Shown piece after piece: positions 12,601 through 22,899 of a DNA stretch of 36,166 bases. The notes under the pieces are model-generated. The model was not told the DNA's origin, made no database searches, and worked only from the letters and a program-made list of their open reading frames with translations. A program made the translations under genes and the position numbers. The DNA is taken from contig JBNGIO010006079.1 of assembly GCA_049999805.1 (NCBI GenBank), forward strand, positions 34,281-70,446, in the 5' to 3' direction. Positions within the stretch are counted from its first letter, which is position 1, and every line of letters starts with the position of its first letter. This DNA comes from Folioceros fuciformis. Its lineage: Eukaryota.

Positions 12601-13377
12601 CCCTCCCAGCCTCCGCCCTGGGCAACCCGTGCCCCGCCTCCAGCAGCTCACTACTCTCCACCGCCGGAGACGGCGGCAACAACGACACCCTCTCATCTTG
12701 CAAGAAGCTCTTGGGATTAAACCGCTGCTTCCTGCACGCACCAGAATCGCCTCCGGTCACAACCATACTACACCACAGTACATCATTCCCCCCGCCGTCC
12801 CGCCCAGTACCTGGGCAGCGGCAGCAGCGGGGGCCCCAAACCCACCAATCGCGCAAATCCCTGCCTCCCGCCCCTCCGCCGGAAGCAAACCGCGACCCCC
12901 CTCCTCCCCGCTCCCCCCGCCGCCGCNNNNNNNNNNNNNNNNNNNNNNNNNNNNNNNNNNNNNNNNNNNNNNNNNNNNNNNNNNNNNNNNNNNNNNNNNN
13001 NNNNNNNNNNNNNNNNNNNNNNNNNNNNNNNNNNNNNNNNNNNNNNNNNNNNNNNNNNNNNNNNNNNNNNNNNNNNNNNNNNNNNNNNNNNNNNNNNNNN
13101 NNNNNNNNNNNNNNNNNNNNNNNNNNNNNNNNNNNNNNNNNNNNNNNNNNNNNNNNNNNNNNNNNNNNNNNNNNNNNNNNNNNNNNNNNNNNNNNNNNNN
13201 NNNNNNNNNNNNNNNNNNNNNNNNNNNNNNNNNNNNNNNNNNNNNNNNNNNNNNNNNNNNNNNNNNNNNNNNNNNNNNNNNNNNNNNNNNNNNNNNNNNN
13301 NNNNNNNNNNNNNNNNNNNNNNNNNNCCCACCCACCTGCTCCCTGCTCCAATGCGCGCACCCCAACAGCAGCACCAT
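9695..13377 (-). CDS. IREG3: Ferroportin-family (SLC40) transporter, plastid/mitochondrial IREG3/MAR1/FPN3 type; 5' coding region interrupted by assembly gap, start codon uncertain
   Basis: Motifs [83 protein letters not shown] and [21 protein letters not shown]. Candidate ATG in ggccATGG context at 13377, beyond the gap. Confidence 0.93.
12927..13326. other. Assembly gap (400 N) inside the first IREG3 coding region
   Basis: Run of N flanked by very C-rich (+ strand) sequence. Confidence 0.99.
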
Positions 13378-13698
13378 GGCCGCGCCCTCACAGCTCGCCT
13401 TCCCCTCCCCTCTCGTTCAGAGCTCAGGCGGGCAGCCGCGGCGCATGAACCACCCAACTGTCTAATTTCCGCGCCGTTCCTTTCGGTTCCCTCCTACACC
13501 CTACCGCCTCGTTATCCAACCGCCTTCCATCGACTCCACCCCACGCGAACGCCGCGCCTGCTGCCTCCACCACGCCTATCTACCCCTCGGCGTACAGTAC
13601 AAACAAACATACATGGTCTTCATAAGTAGAAAGCGCAGAGGAAGATTCTGGCCGGAATCAGATGATCCAATGTGGAGTGGGCCGTGAGCAGGGAGCAA

Positions 13699-13727
13699 GT
13701 CCAGTCCAGTCCAGTCCTGTCCAGTCC
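13699..13727 (+). repeat. (CCAGT)n pentamer microsatellite
   Basis: gtccagtccagtccagtcctgtccagtcc. Confidence 0.8.
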
Positions 13728-14463
13728 GTGGCCTCCAGGAGTCCATGGCTCCAGAGTCCAGGCCCGCCCTTGTCACCCTGCCGGGGGCCCCACCGGCACA
13801 GAATGCCAGCCGTGCGTCCAATGCCGTGCCGCGTTGCATGGAAAGGGTGCAGCCACGTCGTGCGAAGGAGAAGAAGGAGCAGGATTCTCTCCAGCTCCGG
13901 TCTGAGAGGATCTGGTAAGTGTAGCTCGGCAAACTTGGGACGGGGGGCGTGAAAAGCTGGTGGGCAGCAAGCATGGTGCGTCCCCAATCACGATCCGCCT
14001 TCCAGACTGCTGCTTGCATCACTGGGCCGCATTGGGCTGGGCCCTGGGGCCCTAGGGTCCTGGGCGTGTCGGAGGAAGAGCCACAAGATGGCCAGCGGCC
14101 GGACATCCTCGCTGCACCCTCCTCCAGTGGAAGATTTCGCGTCTTCCAGATTTTCCCAGCCATCCGGCACCATGTCACGCTGCGCGGAGCTTTCCTTTCC
14201 ACCCAACGTCGCTTCCATATGGCGTTGGGCGGTCTAAAATAATTTTTTTCTAACACTTTACACTGGAATGTTTCACTGTATGGGAGTTGAAGTTTTGTTC
14301 TTCAACGAAAAAGAAAAAGACTACCTGGTTAGTTAGTCTGTACCTGAGGCCTCCTGGAGTATATGACGGGCATACGGGACACATGAAAAGGTTCCGGCTT
14401 TGATAGCGAAGGATGTTGTACAACAGTGGGACAGTGATCCTAGCGGAGAGGGGAATGAAGGGA

Positions 14464-16030
14464 TCAGTGAACCGGCAAGCCGTGCTTTACCAATGTTTCT
14501 GCAATGGCAGATCGTGCTCGCTCGCTCAAGACATCAGGATTGGTGTCGCGGATGGGAGGGTGTATGACGACTTTCACAAGGCCTGGTCGGAGTGTATATT
14601 CCATCTTGTTGGGCATCAGTTTCCCTGTACCTATTAGACTAATTGGGACCACCGGGGCCTTAGCTTTGGCTGCCACGCTGAATGCTCCTTTCTGCAACAC
14701 GGGATGAGTACGTCAGGCCATACTAGAGAGCCGTTCGGAACCCAACGTGACCAAGCACTAGTTGAAAAGCACGGCAGCTGTACCTTGAACTGCGCCATGG
14801 CTCCGTCTGAGGAGCGGGTTCCCTCTGGAAAGAAAATGACCGAAACGCCTCTCTTCACCAGCTCCACACAATGCTTCAGGCATTGCTGCAAAAACGACGG
14901 ATTCAGCACAGGTGTCACGCGGGAAAAATGTTCTTCCGAGCAGGGCGTGGGCGTGGGCGCGCCAAACCATCAATCAAAGCTAGAGACGGAGCAAGCAACT
15001 CACGATCTGGCTCTTGGGGTCTTCTCGCTTGAGGGGTACGTGGCCAGTCAGGTACATTGCCCATCCGATGATTGGAATGAGGAAGTTGCTCGTCTTGCTG
15101 ATGAACTTGAAAGACCGGCCCAGCTGAAACAGCGTGAAGATGTCCAAAAAGCTCTGGTGGTTGGCCACGTAAACAGCTCCCTCGTCTTCGGCTGGCAAGT
15201 TTTCCCAGCCACAGATCTCTGTCTTGTAAAAGGGAAATGTCGTCATTTGAGCCCAAACCTTATTGACCAGGTGATGTGCCTTCCGCCTTGCTTTGTCAAA
15301 GAGCATCACAAAGGGGTGTAAGACGAGCATCACAACCACCAAGGGAGCAGCAATTGCAAAAGTCGTTGTGTAGAAACATATAGCCCGCACCTTCTGCCAC
15401 ACAGATGCATCTGCAAACCAGCATCCACTGCCAGCATCTGAGAACAATGAAAGCCCTAACAGCTTCAAGAAAGGTCAAAATTTCCATCATTCACTTCCTT
15501 CCACTACCAGAAGGACCAAACCTCACCTTTACTCGCGGGCACAGTAAAATCCCATCCTCCACCCTGCACTGTTGCACCTGCAACCTTGCATCTAATCACC
15601 GCCCTCCCCTTCCCCCTGTCGTAGGCCTCGGCACGCTTGGCCGTCAAAAAAGCACCTTCCTCCTTGCCAAAAAAGCCAGAACCCAGGACAGCGACGCAAG
15701 CGCCGCCACCTCCGCTCCATCTCGCGCTACTCTTCCTCACTGCACAAGAGATGCAGACAAATTTTCAAAAAAAAACATCCAAATTCCTCACAACAGACTC
15801 CACATTCCACAACAACACACAGCGTGATCAGAACCTCTACTTTCTAACCTACATTTCAACACGCCAGCTCTGCCAACCCCATCCTCAGCCCCGCCGCTCC
15901 TCTTGCAGCACAGCACGCGAGGCGGAGGCAGATTCCTCCTCCCGCCCCCCCGGCTCCCATCTCCCGCCACCAGCACCGCGCCTTGCAGAAGCCGCTGCTG
16001 CGGCCTCGCTACCGCATCGCAGACCTCCAT
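14464..16030 (-). CDS. LPAT1: Plastid 1-acyl-sn-glycerol-3-phosphate acyltransferase (LPAAT, PlsC family)
   Basis: Acyltransferase motifs VYVANHQSFLDIF, FKFISK, PIIGWAM, FFPEGTRS and KGAFSVA. The N-terminal exons are Gly/Arg-rich and transit-peptide-like; the ATG at 16030 is inferred. Confidence 0.93.
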
Positions 16031-16265
16031 CTCTGGCTCCTCTATCCAATTCGCTTCGCGCACCTTCCGCACGGCCCCGCAAATCGCATCGATCCCCCAC
16101 ACCGGACCCGGCCGCTGCACAGAGCAGGCAGAGACGGCAATCTTATCCGGACGCCAGCCAAAAATACGGTGTGAATCGTGTCAAACAAGAATACGAATCA
16201 GAGTCACAAACTCTTAACTACAGTACGTTAACTATCCCAGGAAAATACAACCTTACACACACCTA

Positions 16266-16303
16266 CAACGCTAATCAATTAGTGCAACGCTAATCAATTA
16301 GTG
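16266..16303 (+). repeat. Perfect 19-bp tandem duplication (caacgctaatcaattagtg x2) followed by TGGGCC, upstream of LPAT1
   Basis: Read directly: 16266-16284 equals 16285-16303. Confidence 0.9.
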
Positions 16304-16329
16304 GGCCGTTAAGTGACTATTACACCATT

Positions 16330-17280
16330 GCATAATATTGTTTGCACAAGTGTTGTGCGAGCTATCAAGAATCTTTTGTTAAATTATAAATTATTTATAG
16401 ATAATTTATGAGAGAGTACTTATAAATTCTATTAGTTATATATTCTACTTCATATATACAATACACGTGTTCTAAGCATGGAGACAAAGATAAGATTAAT
16501 ATAAAATTGCTCCACTTTAGTAAACGAAGATGTCCCTAAGTGACAAGCCTACTCCATATACATTTATATATTTAGGAAAAATCAGTTCTTCATAGAAAAT
16601 ATGACATCACAAAGAATATTCTTTGTAGCAATGTGTTGCTCCGTAGGGGATGACGAACTGTACAAGCCCTAGAATCATCAATGGTCACTCCACAAGTACC
16701 CTAGGGTATGGAGAGAGAAGAGCCTCGAGGAGAAGACAACCGGAGACAAAACCCTTATTGTAGGAGAAAACAAGAAGCCTCTGAGACTAGAGGATGAGCC
16801 AAGTGAAGCTTGAACCTTGTCGGGAACTATGCCGGTAAGACTAGAGGATGAGCCAGGTCAAGTTGAGGCGGAACTTCTCGAGAGAAGCCAGTGAGACTAG
16901 AAGGTGAGTCACACCAAGATGTTGTCGAGACAAGATGCTAATGCAACGAATGCAAGGCCAAATTGGAAGATTGGAGTGCAACCCCTTCCCCGATCAAGAA
17001 CGTCGGTAGGCTTGTGAGGGCCTACCTACGTGTTTGGTCGGAGAAGGGTTCACACTCCTAACTTGCTTAGCTGATTTTTTGCTGAGCAAAGGTGCTCACT
17101 CCTAACTGCACTTGGTGAGGATTCTAGAATTGCCTTCGCGGTTTTCTAAGGTGCTATCAAGGTTGTACAGGTTTGCCTTCAAAGTTTTCTAGGATTGCCT
17201 TCAAGGTTTTTCAAAGCTTGCCTTCAAGATTTTCAAGGTTAATGACAGGGTTCAAGGTTTTCTAGGTAGCTGCAGGTTTT
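16330..17280. mobile_element. Probable degenerate transposable-element remnant (LTR-like) with internal tandem subrepeats
   Basis: An AT-rich segment is followed by ~55-bp units starting agactagaggatgagcc (~16784, 16838, 16894) and ~22-bp units ttgccttcaaggttttctagg (~17130-17270). No ORF of 60 aa or more; composition differs from the flanking genes; no termini or TSD identified. Confidence 0.4.
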
Positions 17281-17905
17281 TGCGTCAAATGGTGTGTATT
17301 ACAGTGGGTGGCAATAAAGGTTCCCTAGTCTCCTTGGTTAACTTTCTTCAGTTCTCCAGAAAATGATTTCCCACTGGGAGGCGCGTAGATGACTAAATGA
17401 CCTACATATATGGAAAAGAGCTATCGTTCGGTGTGCACTGTGGTATATACTTTTTCTGGATGTGATCTACGTCACATACAACATACGTAAGACTTAAACC
17501 AGTTGAGCCACAGCTGTGTCTTGCAACGAGCAGTACAGGATCTGCAACAACAACCAGGTGGACGTTTGAAACAAGTTGCACTGAGCTCTCATTGCTCGTC
17601 AACCATATTGAGTTTTGCCTGGAATACAGCAGCTGCATGCAGCACGAGGGACATTGGTTCCGAACTAAGGGTTGCGAACCAACCGCTACATGCCTGCCTG
17701 CAAACTTGGAGTGAGATAATGCATGCCAGAAAGAGGACCTGCAGGTTGAAGCAGGAACCTCGTACGAAGTCATGCGCATCAGCACACCACCTCGCACATC
17801 TCCAGGAGTGGAAACGGGGCTCCCACATCTGAGATCGTTCGAAGGTGGTTACCCATCGTATCTCGAAGCTACAGATGTCGCAGGGGAACTGCGGTTACCA
17901 ACTGG

Positions 17906-20900
17906 TCAATGTGGCCACACTTTTGAGCCTCTGATTCCTCGCTTCCATTCCCCTAAACTCTGGAAATCATCTTTGTCGATCCAGTTGAACTCCATCTGGA
18001 TTGTGTAAAATCAGCCATGCCTGAAACCCACTCACAGAAAACATTGTAGACAGGGAAGGCATTCTGAATGATGACAATACAGTACCTGGCCGACGATCAC
18101 AGTGTCACCTTCCTGAACTCCCTGTTCCCTGAGTGCTTTGCTCACTCCGCTGGCATTCAAAACATGCTGAAACCTTCTCACCGCTTCGAAGTACCTGAAA
18201 TGCATCGTTCTCAATGAAGGGTGACTGGTGGAAGAAGATTCCACATGGATGAACGCAAACGAGTATGAAGCTTGAGAACTTACTCCCAATTTGTCATTTG
18301 GGTGAACCGCTTGAGTCCTGCTCCATCTATATACCATGTGCGCGTGTGTTTGTCACATGTTATCTTGAAGTCCTCTATAGGGGCACTCCGCTTCTGTTTC
18401 ACAATCTCACCGACGGAAGGGCATTTCACTTCCACATCTGCCACAGTTTTCACAAGACCATAGGGAAATCAAGACCAATGCTTACAGGAACAGGAACTTC
18501 CGGTCTAACATGTAGTGAAATGGACTTGCCTGCATCTGCTTCCACAGGCTGTGAATTCTTCTTCAGGAGCTCATAAACTGCATCAACAACCTCCTTGGTG
18601 CCCTGCTGGGTGGCTGCGCTCATGCACAAGGGCTCAACACCCTTGGATCTCAGAATTCTCTGAAAATTTTCCCATCGGTCGGCAGCCTCAGGGACATCCA
18701 TCTTGTTGTAAGCCACCAGGAAAGGCTTGTGCTGAAGCTCGGGGTTGAAAAGCTGCAGCTCCAAGCGAACTGCTTCATACTCGTACTCTGCTTGCTGACT
18801 CATCCCATCTACCACATGAATCTACAAACATTTTCAAACACATCCGCTGTCACCGCAAAGTGACTTGCAAGCTCGCATTGGCGGCATCAAGCTGCACACA
18901 CTCAACAATCGCGACCACAATAATGAAGATAGGGGCAGCCAAACAGAAGCAGGAGATACGGAAAGGAACAGGGAGGGATCATGATAAGGCTTACAAGGAC
19001 CCGACACCTTTCCGTGTGCCTCAAAAATTCATGGCCAAGTCCATATCCAGTATGTGCTCCCTCAAGCAAACCAGGTAGATCAGCCACCACCATAGATGCA
19101 TCAAACCCCAAAGCCACCACCCCCAAATTTGGTAAAAGAGTAGTGAAGGGGTAGTTAGCGATCTCTGGTCGAGCTGCACTGATGGAACTCAGCAGCGTGC
19201 TCTTCCCGGCGTTTGGCACCCCTATGATACCAACGTCTGCCACAAGCTTTAGCTCCAGCGCTACCCACCTGAAAGTTGACAGTGCAGAGCTAGAGGTGAG
19301 CCTCAAAGACCAGAGAAAGAGGTCCACGGTTTTTCACGCCCCATAACGAACATCTAGGTGACAATGCAGCAGGAAGCAGGTATCTTAAGACAGACATTTC
19401 TGCTCCTTCTTCGCCATTTTCAGCAATTTGTGGAGCTTTGTTGCGACCTGACTTGAAGGCCCCATTTCCCCGCCCACCCCGACCACCAGGCAAAAGCAAC
19501 TCTCGTTGTCCAGGCCTTGACAGGTCCAATAGAATATCCCCATTGCCTTCGGAATCCTTGACAAGAGTTCCCACAGGCACCTTCACAATGCAATGCTCAC
19601 CCGTAGCCCCTGTCTTGCCCTTCCCCTGCCCATGGCTACCTCTTGTGGCTCTGAAATGTACAGTTCTTCTGAATGGCAAAAGCGAATTCACACCGGGGTC
19701 TGCTTCAATGTACACGTCACCTCCATCTCCACCATTACCCCCCGAAGGACCTCCAAACGGCACAAACTTCTCCCTTCTGAAGGCCACAACCCCATCACCT
19801 CCATCTCCAGCTTTCGCATAAATTTTGGCTCTGTCGAAACATCTCATCACAGCTGGAATACCTCTCTTACCCTTATCTAGGTCGTCCACATCTTCATCCT
19901 CTTCAACCTCACGCGGTGCTGCACTAATTCGTCGCTTCTCTGGATGGAAGCTCATGGCTTTTGTCTGCATGTGTTCTGAGAAGTCTTCCGAACTGCCACC
20001 ATCCTCAGAATCCTCCATATCAAATCGAGAAACTGCTTCATTAGAGGGGGCAACGGGACCGGTGTCCCTCTCCTTACCCCTCCTCCTCACAATCCCTTGA
20101 TCTTTGTCCCACTTGTACACCTCAAGAAATTTTGAGGGAGAAGACTCTGTTGGTCTATCTTGGTCTTCCTCGCCATTATCAGGTAGAGAAGCTGACGGTC
20201 CAGTGCCACTGCTACTACTTTCACTCCCTTGACTTTTTTCTTTTGCTATTTGTTCCTCCATCTTACCAACAAGCTCTTTGAGCCTGGCTAACTCCTTCTC
20301 CATTTCAGTAACGTTCCCTTTACCGCCGGCCTCCTGTCCCTGCAACCTCGGAGTTGACAAAGCTGATGCCCCCCTAACAGAGTAAGAAACTTGACTGCAC
20401 CAGGTGTGACACGTACCTGGGATTGCGTAGAAGGAGAAGCAGCGGCTGATGATGAACGTCGTTCTTTCTCTGCTCGTTCTCTTTCCAGCTCGGCAATCTC
20501 CTGCTCTGCTTCCAACAATAAAGCGGCTTCTTCTTCAGCAGTCATGGGTCCTAAATCCCCTTCCCACACTTCAACAAGCTCCAGATCCTCATCACCCTCG
20601 GCCAGCCTCCTATCCCATTCCTCGTCATCTATTTCCACCCACTCTTCCTTCTCATCTTCACCCACCTCACCTTCCTTCGCACCTGGCTCTTCACCATCCA
20701 CTCCAGTATCTTCAACATCCTGATCCTGGAGACGCACGTGCTCACGAGACCGTTCCCGTTCCATAGACACTCTCACCTTGCCAGAGCCTGAATCTGTTTC
20801 AGCGTCAGGACGATTCGATTTTTTCCATCCACCTGAATTCCTAGCATACCATGATGCCAATGGCAAATTCTCCTCTTCCCTCGGCTGCAATGCAGTGATT

Positions 20901-21232
20901 GATGCTCCGGCAGACCATAAATCCGGCACCACTGACTCGTTTTCCTTCTTCACTGAAGGCACACTATCCTTCCTCCTCTTGTCTAAAACAGCCTGCTTTC
21001 CTCTGCCGTTCACATTTTTTAAACCACCTTTCCCAGCACAAGTCACAGAGTAATGTCGTCTTCTTCCACATGACGCCTTGCGCATGGAATGTGCATGCCA
21101 CCGATCCAGGTTCAGAGCTGAACCAATCCTAGAGGACTTGCACCAAGGTGTGACAGCCTGGCCACCATGGCTGTAGCCGTGCACTCCTTGAGGAGCAACA
21201 CCCGGGGCTGCAAATGGGAGCAGCTTAGCCAT
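17906..21232 (-). CDS. OBGC: Plastid Obg-family GTPase (ObgC/CPSAR1)
   Basis: Obg fold [34 protein letters not shown]1 [26 protein letters not shown]4 NKMD; last exon MEFNW...RGSKVWPH* (stop 17906-17908). Confidence 0.96.
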
Positions 21233-21431
21233 CGCAACACTTCAGCCGACACACATGACTGAGTCTGGGAACCTGCGAAGAGCCAGAGTCCTGTCGAACC
21301 TGGACTAGGGTTTAGCTTGCTCTTGTCCCGGGGTTTAAGCTGGTTTTGGGTCGCTGACCTCCGGCTAAAAGGTCTTGCCATCGTTGATTGTGGGAGGAGG
21401 AAGGTGTTGATATCCAAGCTACGTATGCAGC
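21233..21431. promoter_or_regulatory. Putative bidirectional promoter between OBGC and SSSCA1 start codons
   Basis: Head-to-head ATGs about 200 bp apart; contains a telo-box-like ctagggttt (~21305) and a second gggttt. Confidence 0.6.
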
Positions 21432-22642
21432 ATGGCATCTGAGCAAAATGAGGTGGGCATGGTGGACGCAAGCATGGAGGAACAAGAGGCGGCGATGGCC
21501 GAGCGGCTCCAGAAATCAGCAGATTGCAGCGCGGCTTTAGCTGAGAAGCTGCTGCAGGGCTGGACACTGATGGGTGTGCATTGCCCCGAGTGCATCACGC
21601 CTCTGATGCGGAACAGGTGAAATTCTCTTCCGGACTGTTTAGCAGTGAAGTGGCAGAGAGCGGCATGATCAACTGGAACTTGTGCTTGATTTGGAACTCT
21701 GGTTCGTGTCATCCTGTTACAGGCAGAGGCAGCTATATTGTGTGTCTTGCGTTCAGTGGGTGTTGACAGAGGAAGAGGCCGCACTCAGAACGGGGAGAAA
21801 CCATGAAGGACGCAGCCATCATTTTGACAACCCTCACATTGCCCGATCTCTAACCAACACGGCTGTCCCTGCGGTCCAGGATGAGGTGCAGAATGTTGGG
21901 ACCAATGATAACGAGGGGGCTGAAGAGGCCTATGCAATGGCTGCAGCTATGAACGAGAGGCTACAGGCCTCCAGGAATGGACACCGATCCTCCGACGCCC
22001 TTGCTCCCGCACTGCAATATGAGGTACGCAACGGTGGAGGTAGCAACCCAGCAGCTTATGATCAGGTGTCAGCGGAGTCACTTACTTCTACTCGTTCTGG
22101 CCCACGACCTACCACCCATGGCAAGCTGCCGTCTCTGGTCCTTCCCAAGGTATGACCCCAAATGATTTGATCGTAAGCTTTGTGAAAGCAGTGGCCAATC
22201 TTGTGACTTCAACTGCATGCCCCAGGTAACTGTGCCTCCGAAGCCAGAAATTGTACAAACCCAGACTGTTAAGACACTCTTCCTGAAGATGGAGGTAAGT
22301 GGGTACCATGCGTTCGTTGATTTCTTCCACAAGCCACCGATGGAACCACCACCCTGAGTATCATTGGCATTGTAACGCAGGAAATACGAAGCCAGATTGC
22401 CATAACCCAGGATGTAGAGGAATTGAAGCAGGTGCGTACTGCGTACTTGGGCTTGGGTATTTGAGCTGAAACCCTGGCAGCTCCCGTGTGCCTTCTGAGA
22501 CTCCATTTTCTTGTTACAGCTCTTCGAGGTCCTTTCTGCTTGCGTGGACACCATCAATGTCGTCAACAGCGTCTCAAGTGAGGGAACAGCGTTTGTAAAA
22601 CCCTGGAAGGCTACCACTTGGAAGGACAATGAGGGGCAGTGA
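21432..22642 (+). CDS. SSSCA1: SSSCA1/ZNRD2 (Auto_anti-p27 zinc-ribbon) protein, 5 exons
   Basis: LAEKLLQGWTLMGVHCPECITPLMRNR|QRQLYCVSC zinc ribbon; C-terminal helical exons TVKTLFLKME|EIRSQIAITQDVEELKQ|LFEVLSACVDTI...EGQ*. The exact start ATG is uncertain. Confidence 0.88.
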
Positions 22643-22899
22643 AGCAGCCGCAGCCGCAGCCGCGAGCATGTTTTAGACTAGTTGTTTTAGAAGCATCGAG
22701 CCACAGACCAGGATTAACACGACAAGGCAAGCTCACTTCCAGCAGTTTTAGTCATCTTCCGTTCCAACCTAACGGCGGCCGTTATGCCGTCCTCTACCAC
22801 CCGGCATACGCGCACCTTGCGGTTGCATGGCAGGGCATCGCCAGGATCGAATCAGCACAAATTACTTGCATCGTCTGTGGCCCAGACACATCGAACAAG

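Noticed and set aside
12207-13465. Long plus-strand ORFs (413 and 350 aa)
   Set aside because: Artefacts of reading through the N gap, antisense to IREG3.
13576-14256. 226-aa minus-strand ORF between LPAT1 and IREG3
   Set aside because: No recognisable domain, non-ATG start, and it runs through a microsatellite; likely LPAT1 3' UTR or IREG3 promoter sequence.
16780-16910. Regularly spaced direct repeats superficially like a CRISPR array
   Set aside because: Eukaryotic context, only three degenerate units, spacers related to each other, and no cas genes.
17402-17832. Overlapping short ORFs downstream of OBGC
   Set aside because: No homology cues; consistent with 3' UTR or intergenic sequence.
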